From assembly GCA_964457335.1 (NCBI GenBank), contig CAYWGD010000026.1, forward strand, positions 2,534 through 66,533: 64,000 nucleotides of DNA, in the 5' to 3' direction. Origin of the DNA: an uncultured Enterobacteriaceae bacterium. Lineage in GTDB: Bacteria; Myxococcota_A; UBA796; SXON01. The notes under the pieces are model-generated. The model saw only the letters and a list, made by a program, of their open reading frames with translations, searched no databases and was not told where the DNA came from. Positions 28,216 through 36,761 of the stretch are shown piece after piece; position 1 is the stretch's first letter, and each line of letters starts with the position of its first letter. The position numbers and the translations under genes were made by a program.

Positions 28216-30207
28216 GTGCCCTTCTCAGGGGTCAGCGCCGCGCTCCTGAAATATTTCGACTCGGAGCGCCCCGACACGCAGAAGCTCGTCGACACGCTCG
28301 CCGAGGGGTTCACCGGCTCTTCCGTCTCGCTCTTCTGGAGCCTGCATGGGGTGTTGTACCTGTCCGCGACGACGGACCCCGAGCTGCGTGCCAAGGCGGA
28401 GCGCGAAGACGTTTGTAACGAGCCGGGGGACGGGCTCACCGGGCAGGTGATGGCCACCGGCCGCGCGCTGCGGTTCGTCAACGCGAACGATCCGCTCGAG
28501 GTCGGCCCCGTCGCGCCCGACCGCGCGGGGCCGCTCCACCCCGAGGCGACCGGCCTGGACGGCCGGGTGCAACGGTCCCTGCTCGTGCCCGTCCGGCACA
28601 CCGAGCAGACCCGAGGGGTGCTCCGGCTCTCGCGGAACGCGCCCCACGAACCCTACTCCGCGTCCGACGAGCGCGTGCTCCAGCGCTTCGCCGACCTCCT
28701 GGGCCGCGTGATGGGCGACTTCTGGGAGCTGCAGGTGCTGAGGACGATCTGGCGCGCGCCCAGCTTCTCCGCGATGGTGTCCCACGAGGGAGAGGGCCCG
28801 AAGGGCGCCTCGCGCATCGTCGCCGTCAGCCCCGGGGCCCACGCGCTGATCGGGTACACCGAGGAGCAGCTCGGCGGCTCGCCGCCCTCGAGGCTCTACG
28901 CCGATCGGGACGCCGCCCGGCAGACGATCGGGTTGGCCCGGGCCAGCGGCGCCCCCGTCCGGCTCGTCGCGCGGCGGGAGGACCAGCGGCTCCTCCCGGT
29001 GACGATCCACTACCAGGACGTGGTGAACAGCCTGGTCGTGCCGCCCCAGCGACACACCATCGGCATCGCGTACGACGACACGGCGCGGACGCAGGCCGAG
29101 GCGGTGAACGAGCGCTTCGAGGAGGTCCTGGATGAACTCGACATGGTGTACTTCCGATGGGAGGTCAGCGGCCGTGCGCTCCATCCTTCACGGACGGAGC
29201 GGCGGCTGACGGGATTCCGCCCGGAGGAGCTGCGGGACGTCACCCGCCTGTGGCCGAGCCGCCAGGCTCGCGAAGCGCTCGTCCGGGCGCTGAGGGCGGC
29301 TCCCGATCGGAAGGTCCGCGACCAGGTCGTCCAGCTCAGGCACAAGGACGGCCATCCGCTCATCGTGTCCGCGGACGTGCGCCTCGTCGTGGACCCCGAG
29401 ACCGGCCGGGAGGTGCTCGAGGGGGTGTACCGCGACATCTCGGACCGCATCGCCCTCCAGCGCTCGCTCGACGCGCCGACGGACCGCCAGCTCCCTGACG
29501 CCGAGCTGCACGAGCGCCTGCTCCATCACCAGGAGGCGCAGAACGCCTTCGTCGCGTCCGTGGGGCACCAGCTGAAGGCGCCCCTCGCGAACGTGCTGGA
29601 CGGCCTCCGCAACGCCCAGGAGGGGCGGATCCCCGGCGAGTTCCTGATGGAGCGGCTCGGCCGGCTCGCGGCGCAGGTCCAGCGCTGCCTCGACATCGTG
29701 CTCGGGCTGTCCATGCTCCACCAGGTGCTGCGCGGGAGCCCGGCCCGGCGCCGATCCGTGACCCTGGCCCGGCTCTGCCGCCAGCTGGCGGACGACTTCA
29801 ACCCCACCCTCCGGAACGCGCGCCTCCGCCTCGACGTGGAGGTCGGGCCCCAGGTCGTCGTGCAGGCCGACCCGGACCTGCTGCGTCAGATCCTGTACAA
29901 CCTCCTCGACAACGCCGTGAAGTACTCCGATACGGGCACGACGATCCGCGTTCGCGCCAACGTGACTCCCCCCTGGGTCGACGTCATGAACCGGGGGCTC
30001 CCCATCGAGGGGAGCGAGCGGGAGCGCGTGTTCGAGCGGGGCTACCGGCTGGTGCAGGCCCGGGCGGTGCAGGCGCAGGGAACGGGGCTGGGCCTGTGGC
30101 TCGCGCGCGAGTTGTGCCGCGCGATGGGAGCGAGCGTCTCGTTCCTGGAGGAGTGGGAGGGCAGCGATCGGTGGAACGTGTTCCGAGTGACGTTCGAGCG
30201 GAGGTGA
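28216..30207 (+). CDS. Cytoplasmic GAF-PAS-PAS sensor histidine kinase
   Basis: GAF-like GDGLTGQV...SLLVPV...GVLRLS; PAS-like LIGYTEEQL and LTGFRPEEL; H-box VGHQLKAPL, N-box NLLDNAVKYS, G2 GTGLGL. Confidence 0.88.
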   Translation: MPFSGVSAALLKYFDSERPDTQKLVDTLAEGFTGSSVSLFWSLHGVLYLSATTDPELRAKAEREDVCNEPGDGLTGQVMATGRALRFVNANDPLEVGPVAPDRAGPLHPEATGLDGRVQRSLLVPVRHTEQTRGVLRLSRNAPHEPYSASDERVLQRFADLLGRVMGDFWELQVLRTIWRAPSFSAMVSHEGEGPKGASRIVAVSPGAHALIGYTEEQLGGSPPSRLYADRDAARQTIGLARASGAPVRLVARREDQRLLPVTIHYQDVVNSLVVPPQRHTIGIAYDDTARTQAEAVNERFEEVLDELDMVYFRWEVSGRALHPSRTERRLTGFRPEELRDVTRLWPSRQAREALVRALRAAPDRKVRDQVVQLRHKDGHPLIVSADVRLVVDPETGREVLEGVYRDISDRIALQRSLDAPTDRQLPDAELHERLLHHQEAQNAFVASVGHQLKAPLANVLDGLRNAQEGRIPGEFLMERLGRLAAQVQRCLDIVLGLSMLHQVLRGSPARRRSVTLARLCRQLADDFNPTLRNARLRLDVEVGPQVVVQADPDLLRQILYNLLDNAVKYSDTGTTIRVRANVTPPWVDVMNRGLPIEGSERERVFERGYRLVQARAVQAQGTGLGLWLARELCRAMGASVSFLEEWEGSDRWNVFRVTFERR

Positions 30208-30209
30208 GC

Positions 30210-30644
30210 ATGCGCGTCCTGCTGGTCGACGACGAGGCGTACGACATGGAGTGGATCGCGGACCTGGTCAGCAGATCCGGGCACCAACTGGTCGTGGCGA
30301 CGAACCGGGCCGACGGCGAACGTCGTCTCCGCGAGCACGCCCGCGGGGAGCGCTTCGGTCTCGCGATCATCGACGTGATGATGGCGACCCACGGGCTGTC
30401 CGAGCTGCGCGAGTGGAACGCGCAGGTCGCGGCCAACTCGATGCGGTCGGGGCTCGACCTCATCGCGTTCGCCCGTCGCGAGCTGGGCATCCCCGCGAGG
30501 GACCTGCCGATCTTCTGCTACACCGCCCGCGACGACGTCGAGGACGAGGCCGTCGCCCTCGGCTCCGAGTACTTCGCCCGGGACGGCTCCCCGGCGTTCC
30601 GGGACCGGCTGAAGCAGTTCCTGGGCCTCGAGAAGACCCCGTAG
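30210..30644 (+). CDS. Single-domain response regulator (atypical receiver)
   Basis: MRVLLVDDE, IIDVMM, FCYTA. The beta5 Lys appears to be replaced by Arg (EYFAR). Confidence 0.8.
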   Translation: MRVLLVDDEAYDMEWIADLVSRSGHQLVVATNRADGERRLREHARGERFGLAIIDVMMATHGLSELREWNAQVAANSMRSGLDLIAFARRELGIPARDLPIFCYTARDDVEDEAVALGSEYFARDGSPAFRDRLKQFLGLEKTP

Positions 30645-30652
30645 CGCCCCGA

Positions 30653-31306
30653 TCAGAGATCGCCGCACCCCGCCGCCCCGTCCACCCGCCACATCGCGAA
30701 GGTGCTCCGCGACGGGTCGGGGCGCGTGTCGGGGGTGAAGTCGAAGAGGGGATGGCTCGCGCCGAGCGTGGCCTGACGCTGCTCGAGGAGGACCACGCGC
30801 CCCTCGACGCGGTCGGGGCCGACGAGCGCGCCCTCCAGCCGGCTGTGCCCGCGCTGGGCGACCCACACCTCGGCCGCGCCGAAGCCGGGCACCACCACGC
30901 GCACGGTCGCGCCGGGCTTCCCGTCGCGGTCGGCGTCGACGACGTGGGGCTCGTCGGCGCGGGCGGGGAGATCGCCGCGGGCGGGGTCGTAGCCGACCAC
31001 CTGCACGCCGGTGTCGGCCCGCCACGTCCAGGTGTCGCCCGCGCGCGTGAGCTCCACCGGGTAGGTGCGGTCGGGGAGCGCCGCGCGCCAGCCGTCCGGG
31101 AGCGTCGTGCGCGCGAGCTTCGTGCCGCCCTCGAGCACGGTGTTGCACACGGTCTGGCGCTGAACCCAGCCGTCGCCGTCCCGGGTGACGCGCACGAGCA
31201 GGGTGCTCCGCGACGCGCTCCGCGTCTCGCCGAACAGGGGCGCCCGGGTGATCGCCGCCACGACCACCTCCAGGGCCCAGGTGCCGCCGAGGTCCACCAC
31301 GTCCAT
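30653..31306 (-). CDS. Hypothetical protein, translationally coupled to the acyltransferase
   Basis: ATG at 31306 overlaps the upstream TGA (TGATG). Plausible protein MDVVDLGGTWALE... Confidence 0.6.
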   Translation of the reverse strand: MDVVDLGGTWALEVVVAAITRAPLFGETRSASRSTLLVRVTRDGDGWVQRQTVCNTVLEGGTKLARTTLPDGWRAALPDRTYPVELTRAGDTWTWRADTGVQVVGYDPARGDLPARADEPHVVDADRDGKPGATVRVVVPGFGAAEVWVAQRGHSRLEGALVGPDRVEGRVVLLEQRQATLGASHPLFDFTPDTRPDPSRSTFAMWRVDGAAGCGDL

Positions 31307-32037
31307 CACGCGCTCCGGCTGAAGAGGGAGAGGAGCCGCGCGCCGAGGCCGCGGTCGGTCCGCGACGAGGCGGAGGCGACGATGGGGAAGAAGCCTGCCG
31401 AAGCGGGGGGGGGCGTTGCGGGGGGGCTCGGCCCCCCCGCCCCAGGATCCAGGAACCGATCCACCACCTCCAGGCCCGCGACGAGCGCTTCTTCGAGCCG
31501 ATCGGCGGGGACCGGCGAGCCGAGGTGCACGAGCGCGGCGGGTCGGTCGCCCTCCCGGAAGGTGTAGGTGAGCGCCACCGGGACGATGGGGGCGCCGCTC
31601 GCGCGGGCGACGAGCCCGACGCCGGGCCGGATGCCGAGCGGCCGGAGCCACGGCGGCCGCTGTCGGCCCTGCGGGAAGATCCAGACCGCGCGGCCCGGCC
31701 GGTCGAGCACCGCCGCCGCGGCCCGGAGCCCCGCCCGCGCCGCGAGCCCGCCCCGGTCGAGCGCGAGGGCGCCGACGGAGCGCAGCCAGGGGAGGCGCCG
31801 GAGCGTGGAGGCCTCGACGAGCACGTGGCCCTCGGCGCCCAGGGCCTCGTCCACGAGCAGCATGACGAGGCCGTCCCACCACGCGACGTGCGTGGCCGCG
31901 AAGACGACGGGGCCCTCGGCCAGCCGCGCCCGCGTCTCGGCGAGCCCCGCGACGTACACGCCGTCGAGGCCCCGGCGCACGCGCCACCGGGTGTACAGGC
32001 GCCAGGCGGCGACCGCGAGCGGGCTCCGGGCGCTCAC
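31306..32037 (-). CDS. PlsC-like acyltransferase, probable carotenoid glucoside acyltransferase (CruD-like)
   Basis: THVAWWD (HxxxxD), WIFPQG, PIVPVAL. GTGA overlap with the GT2 gene; adjacent to crt genes. Confidence 0.8.
   Translation of the reverse strand: MSARSPLAVAAWRLYTRWRVRRGLDGVYVAGLAETRARLAEGPVVFAATHVAWWDGLVMLLVDEALGAEGHVLVEASTLRRLPWLRSVGALALDRGGLAARAGLRAAAAVLDRPGRAVWIFPQGRQRPPWLRPLGIRPGVGLVARASGAPIVPVALTYTFREGDRPAALVHLGSPVPADRLEEALVAGLEVVDRFLDPGAGGPSPPATPPPASAGFFPIVASASSRTDRGLGARLLSLFSRSA
31403..31444. repeat. REP-like hairpin GGGGCGTTGCGGGGGGG-CTCGG-CCCCCCCGCCCC (copy 1)
   Basis: Near-identical to 49085-49121; 9-bp stem at 31418-31440. Confidence 0.65.
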
Positions 32038-33137
32038 GCCGTACGCTCGTGCCGCGGGCGGTACGCGCGCCCGCGCCACCGGATGACCCCGCGGCGGCTC
32101 CACGCCCACGAGTTCACGGCGAGGGCCAGCATCCACGCGATGCCGACGGCGTGGAGCGGCACGGTCCAGGGCGCGTGCCCGAAGCGCGCCGCGAGGAGCG
32201 CGCGCTGGGCGAGGTTCGCGGCCACGCCGACCGCGGCGGGCGCGGGCGCGAAGGGGAGCGCGAGCCAGGGGAGGAGGAAACACGTCACGTGGAGGGCGAG
32301 CGTGGCGACGAGCGCGGCGGGGGTGCCGCCGATGCCCTCGTAGAGGTTCTTGGAGAAGCCCTCCCAGGCCTCGCGCCCGCTCCGGTACATCCGGCAGCGG
32401 GCGATCGCGGCGCCGTCCACGAAGTCGACGCGCAGGCCCGCCCGCTTGGCCGCCCGGCACAACGCCATGTCGTCGACGACCTCGGTGGCCACGGCCCCAT
32501 GCCCACCGAAGCGCGCGTAGGCGTCGCGACGGACGGCGAGGAGCTGGCCGTTGGCGGCGAGGAAGCGGGGGTCGCGGGTGGCGCGCACGAGCGGGAGCGG
32601 GAGCCAGGAGAGGTAGGTGAGGTGCAGGAGCGGCAGCACGAGGCGCTCCGCGGCGCTCCCGGCCTCCTGGCGGGGGAGGAGCGAGACGACGTCGGCGTCC
32701 ACGGCGGCGGCGGCGATGCCGGCGAGGGCGCCGGGGGCCAGCACGGTGTCGGCGTCGACGAAGACGAGCAGGTCGCCGGTGGCGGCCGCGGCGAGCTGCT
32801 GGCAGGCGTGGGGCTTCCCGACCGCGCCGCGCGGCAGGGGGCGGCCGGTGATCACGCGCAGGCGCGGGTCGCCGGCTGCGAGGGCCGCGAGGATCGCCGG
32901 GGTGCCGTCGGTGGAGCGGTCGTCGCAGACGATCACCTCGTCGAAGGGCTCGGCGAGCAGGGCCTGCACGCAGCGCGCGATGCCGCGCTCCTCGTCGCGG
33001 GCGGGCACGAGCGCGCTGGCCCGCGTCCGGGGGGCGTGCGCAGGCTTTGCGGCGGCCGGCCGCCACGAAGCGAGGTTGAACAGGGTGAGGGCCAACGGGA
33101 GGGTTGGCGGAAGTGCGAGCAGGAACCAGGAGATCAC
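32034..33137 (-). CDS. Glycosyltransferase family 2, probable carotenoid glucosyltransferase (CruC/CrtQ-like)
   Basis: LVPARDEE, DDRSTDGT, GKPHAC, LVFVDAD, ANGQLL, DDMAL, CRMY. Divergent from crtE. Confidence 0.85.
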   Translation of the reverse strand: MISWFLLALPPTLPLALTLFNLASWRPAAAKPAHAPRTRASALVPARDEERGIARCVQALLAEPFDEVIVCDDRSTDGTPAILAALAAGDPRLRVITGRPLPRGAVGKPHACQQLAAAATGDLLVFVDADTVLAPGALAGIAAAAVDADVVSLLPRQEAGSAAERLVLPLLHLTYLSWLPLPLVRATRDPRFLAANGQLLAVRRDAYARFGGHGAVATEVVDDMALCRAAKRAGLRVDFVDGAAIARCRMYRSGREAWEGFSKNLYEGIGGTPAALVATLALHVTCFLLPWLALPFAPAPAAVGVAANLAQRALLAARFGHAPWTVPLHAVGIAWMLALAVNSWAWSRRGVIRWRGRAYRPRHERTA

Positions 33138-33166
33138 GGACCCTCCGCCGTCGAGACCCCTTGGGG

Positions 33167-33195
33167 TTGCAGGGTCTCCGAACACCGTGTATATG
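33167..33195 (+). promoter_or_regulatory. Sigma70-type promoter for the crtE operon
   Basis: TTGCAG-N17-TATATG; SD GGAGG at 33231-33235. Confidence 0.6.
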
Positions 33196-33227
33196 CTTTG
33201 CACTGGCTTTGAACAAGTTGTGCAAGG
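33184..33227 (+). promoter_or_regulatory. CarH-type operator: four tandem 11-bp direct repeats
   Basis: ACCGTGTATAT / GCTTTGCACTG / GCTTTGAACAA / GTTGTGCAAGG fit the nnnnTnnACAn CarH repeat; a carH-like gene lies in the operon. Confidence 0.75.
33188..33216 (-). promoter_or_regulatory. Sigma70-type promoter for the GT2/acyltransferase operon
   Basis: Minus strand TTGTTC-N17-TATACA; the -10 box overlaps that of the opposite promoter. Confidence 0.5.
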
Positions 33228-33239
33228 CCCGGAGGACGA

Positions 33240-34304
33240 ATGCTCCAGCCCTCGAACCGCCGCTCGGCGGCCCGCTCCCCGGCCGCCCCTCCCCTGGACC
33301 CGCAGGAGGTCGACCCCCTGGGCCTCTGGGCGGACGACGCGCTCTCCGAGGTCGAGGACGTGATGAGCCGGCTCGCGGTCGGCACGCGGCTCGAGCGCTC
33401 CGGCCACATGGTGCAGGAGCACCTCGCGACGGGCGGCAAGCGGCTCCGGGCACGGCTGGCCCTCGCGGCGGTCGAGGCGATGGGCGGCACCCGCGCCCGC
33501 GCCGTGGGCTGGGCCGCGGCCTGCGAGCTCGTGCACAACGCCACGCTCATCCACGACGACTTGCAGGACGGCGATCGCGTCCGGCGCGGCCGCCCGACCA
33601 CCTGGGTGCGGCACGGCGCGCCGCAGGCGATCAACGCGGGGGACCTGCTCCTCATGCTGCCGTTCCTGGCAGTAGACGCGGTCCCCGCGGACGGCGATGT
33701 GCGCTGGGGCCTCGCGCGGGCCATCGCCCGCCGGGCCGAGGCGACGGTGCGCGGCCAGTCGCTGGAGCTCGACCTGCTCGGGGGCCGGCGGACCGACTGG
33801 GAGACGTGGCTGCGCGCGACGGAGGGCAAGACCGGCGCGCTGCTCGCGCTCCCCGTGGAGGGGGCCGCGCTGCTCGCGGGGCTCTCGCCCGACGCGGCGG
33901 CGCACATCGCGCAGGACTTCGTGCGCATCGGCGTCCTGTTCCAGGTCGCCGACGACGTGCTCGACCTCTACGGCGACAAGGGCCGCGGCGAGCGCGGCAA
34001 CGACCTCCGCGAGGGCAAGGTGAGCGCGCTCGTGGTCGAGCACCTGCGGCTCCACCCCGCCGACGCGCCCTGGCTCCTCGCGCTGCTGGAGGCGCCCCGG
34101 GAGCTCACGCCGGACGGGGAGGTCGCGACGGCGATCGAGGCGTTCCAGGTCGCGGGCGCCTTGGCGGCGGTCGTCGACCGCTTCGAGGTCCTGGCGCGGG
34201 CGGTGCACGACGCGCCGCTCTTGCGGGCCGTGCCGGACCTGCACGCCGTGGCCCTCGAGCTCGTCGAGCAGATCCGATCCACGCTGCCGGCGGTGCGCTC
34301 GTGA
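33240..34304 (+). CDS. crtE: Geranylgeranyl diphosphate synthase (polyprenyl synthetase)
   Basis: FARM LIHDDLQD, RRGRPT, SARM FQVADDVLD, GKRLR. Confidence 0.88.
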   Translation: MLQPSNRRSAARSPAAPPLDPQEVDPLGLWADDALSEVEDVMSRLAVGTRLERSGHMVQEHLATGGKRLRARLALAAVEAMGGTRARAVGWAAACELVHNATLIHDDLQDGDRVRRGRPTTWVRHGAPQAINAGDLLLMLPFLAVDAVPADGDVRWGLARAIARRAEATVRGQSLELDLLGGRRTDWETWLRATEGKTGALLALPVEGAALLAGLSPDAAAHIAQDFVRIGVLFQVADDVLDLYGDKGRGERGNDLREGKVSALVVEHLRLHPADAPWLLALLEAPRELTPDGEVATAIEAFQVAGALAAVVDRFEVLARAVHDAPLLRAVPDLHAVALELVEQIRSTLPAVRS

Positions 34305-35821
34305 GCGCGCGGCCGTACGTCGTGGTCGGCGCCGGCTTCGGCGGCCTCGCGGCCGCGGTGCGCCTTCGCGCGATGGGCCACCCCGTCGTCGTGCTGGAGG
34401 CCACCGACCAGCCCGGCGGGCGCGCGAGCGTGTTCCGGCAGGACGGCTTCACCTTCGACGCCGGCCCGACCGTCATCACGGCGCCCTACCTGGTCGACGA
34501 GCTCTTCGCGCTCGTGGGCCGGAACGCCGCCGACTACTACGAGCTGATGCCGGTCGACCCGTTCTACCGGGTCGTGTTCCCCGACGGGTCGAGGTTCGAC
34601 TACGTGGGCGAGGAGGAGCGGATCCTCGCCCAGATCGCGGCGATGTCCCCGCGGGACGTGGACGGCTACCGCAAGCTCGCCGCCCAGGCGAAGCGCATCT
34701 TCGACGTGGGCTACACCCGGCTCGTCGATCAGCCCTTCGACCGGCTCTCGGACATGCTCCGCGTCGCCCCCGACATGATCAAGCTGCGGAGCTTCCGGTC
34801 CGTGTACGGGCTCGTGTCGTCGTTCATCGAGGACGAGCGGCTCCGGCAGGTGTTCACCTTCCAGCCGCTGCTCGTGGGCGGGAACCCCTACGCGACGTCC
34901 TCGATCTACCTGCTCATCCACTGGCTCGAGCGGAAGTGGGGGGTGTGGTTCCCCAAGGGCGGCACGGGCGCGCTCGTGACCGCGCTCGTGCGGCTCCTGG
35001 GCGAGCTCGACGTGCCCGTGCGGCTGAACAGCCCGGTCGAGCGCATCGAGGTGGAGAACGGGAAGGCCGTCGCGGTGCGGCTCGCGGGCGGCGAGCGCGT
35101 GCCCTGCGCGGGCGTCGTGAGCAACGCCGACCCGTCGTTCGTCTACAAGCACCTCGTCGACGGGGCGCACCGCCGCACCCACACAGACGCCGCGGTGGCG
35201 CGCAAGAAGCCGTCGATGAGCCTGTGGGTGGCCTACTTCGGCGTCGACCGCACGTACGAGGACGTGGCGCACCACACCATCCTCCTCGGCCCCCGCTACA
35301 AGGGGCTGCTCGACGACATCTTCGAGAACAAGGTCCTCGCCGAGGACTTCTCGCTCTACCTGCACCGCCCCACGGCGAGCGACCCGAGCCTCGCGCCCGT
35401 GGGCAAGGAGGCGTTCTACGTGCTCTCGCCGGTGCCGAACCAGCGGAGCGGGCTCGACTGGGACAACGCCCTCCCCGCGTACACGGACCGGATCATGTCG
35501 TTCCTCGACCGGGGCGCGCTCCCCGGCATCAAGGGCTCGATCGCGTCGATGAAGACGATCGACCCGCGCTACTTCGCGAACCAGATGCGGTCGGTGGACG
35601 GCGCGGCGTTCGGCATCGAGCCGACCCTGCTCCAGTCGGCCTGGTTCCGCTACCACAACCGCTCCGAGGACGTCGACGGGCTCTACTTCGTCGGCGCGAG
35701 CACCCACCCCGGCGCGGGCGTGCCGGGCGTGCTCAACTCCGCGCGGGTGCTCGAGAAGGTGGTGCCCCGGCCGGCGTCGCCGATCTCCGTCCCACCGGCC
35801 CTGCGGATCGTCGCGTCCTGA
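34301..35821 (+). CDS. crtI: Phytoene desaturase
   Basis: VVGAGFGGLAAA, FTFDAGPTVITAP, LLVGGNP..TSSIY.LIH.LER.WGVWFPKGG, GLYFVGASTHPGAGVPG. Confidence 0.93.
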   Translation: MSARPYVVVGAGFGGLAAAVRLRAMGHPVVVLEATDQPGGRASVFRQDGFTFDAGPTVITAPYLVDELFALVGRNAADYYELMPVDPFYRVVFPDGSRFDYVGEEERILAQIAAMSPRDVDGYRKLAAQAKRIFDVGYTRLVDQPFDRLSDMLRVAPDMIKLRSFRSVYGLVSSFIEDERLRQVFTFQPLLVGGNPYATSSIYLLIHWLERKWGVWFPKGGTGALVTALVRLLGELDVPVRLNSPVERIEVENGKAVAVRLAGGERVPCAGVVSNADPSFVYKHLVDGAHRRTHTDAAVARKKPSMSLWVAYFGVDRTYEDVAHHTILLGPRYKGLLDDIFENKVLAEDFSLYLHRPTASDPSLAPVGKEAFYVLSPVPNQRSGLDWDNALPAYTDRIMSFLDRGALPGIKGSIASMKTIDPRYFANQMRSVDGAAFGIEPTLLQSAWFRYHNRSEDVDGLYFVGASTHPGAGVPGVLNSARVLEKVVPRPASPISVPPALRIVAS

Positions 35822-35834
35822 ACCGGGGGAAACG

Positions 35835-36758
35835 ATGGGCTACCGGGTCAAGACGGTCTCGGCGATGACGGGGATCCCGCGGGGGACCCTGCTCTCGTGG
35901 GAGCGTCGGTACGACATCCTCGAGCCCGACCGGTCGGCGGCGGGGTACCGCGACTACAGCGACGCCGACGTGGCCGTGTTCAAGCGGCTCAAGGCGCTCG
36001 TGGACGCCGGCTACAGCATCAGCGAGGCCGTCGACCTCGCGCGGCCGCCGAAGGCGGCGGAGGGAGGGCGCACGGAGCCTCCGCGCGTCGAGGCGAGCGG
36101 GGACGTGGTCGACGCGATCCTCCGCGCGCTCCTCGCGTTCGACCGCGGCGCCGCCGACCGGCTCGTGCCGCGGTTCGGGCAGGTGTCGTTCCTCGCGGTG
36201 ATCGACGAGGTGCTCGTGCCGCTGCTCCACCGGCTCGGCGAGGCCTGGGAGCGCGGCGAGGTCAGCGTCGCGCAGGAGCACTTCGTCTCCGGGTTCTGTC
36301 GGGAGCACCTGCTCGCGATGTATCACGGGCTCGGCGGCGGCCCCGAGGGCGGCGTGGCCGTGGCGTGCGCGACGCCTCCCGGCGAGCGGCACGAGCTCGG
36401 GCTCCTGGTGCTCGCGCTCAAGCTCGCGCTCGGGGGGCACCGGGTCGTGTGGCTCGGCGCCGACCTCCCGGTGCCCGACCTCTGCGCCTACCTCGCGGTG
36501 CACAACCCGCGCTTCGTGTGCCTCTCGTTCACGCGGCTCGTGTCGCGGGACACGCTGCTCGGCTTCGCGCGGGCGCTCCGCGCGGGCGCGCCCACGACCG
36601 GGATCATCTTCGGCGGCCCGGGCCTCGCGGGTATGGAGGGCGCGCTGCTCGACGGCGTGCGCGTCCTGACCAGGTCCGCGGAGCTCGAGGCCCTGCTCGC
36701 GGACGCGAGCCCGGGCGGGTGGGCTGCGCGTGCCCGGGTCGCCCGGGCGTCCGGGTGA
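35835..36758 (+). CDS. carH: MerR-type, B12-binding photoreceptor repressor (CarH/LitR family)
   Basis: MerR HTH with SWERRY..L.P.RS..GYR.Y; Wx9EH motif (WERGEVSVAQEH); ExHxxG (GERHELG); WLGADLP. Confidence 0.88.
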   Translation: MGYRVKTVSAMTGIPRGTLLSWERRYDILEPDRSAAGYRDYSDADVAVFKRLKALVDAGYSISEAVDLARPPKAAEGGRTEPPRVEASGDVVDAILRALLAFDRGAADRLVPRFGQVSFLAVIDEVLVPLLHRLGEAWERGEVSVAQEHFVSGFCREHLLAMYHGLGGGPEGGVAVACATPPGERHELGLLVLALKLALGGHRVVWLGADLPVPDLCAYLAVHNPRFVCLSFTRLVSRDTLLGFARALRAGAPTTGIIFGGPGLAGMEGALLDGVRVLTRSAELEALLADASPGGWAARARVARASG

Positions 36759-36761
36759 CAC

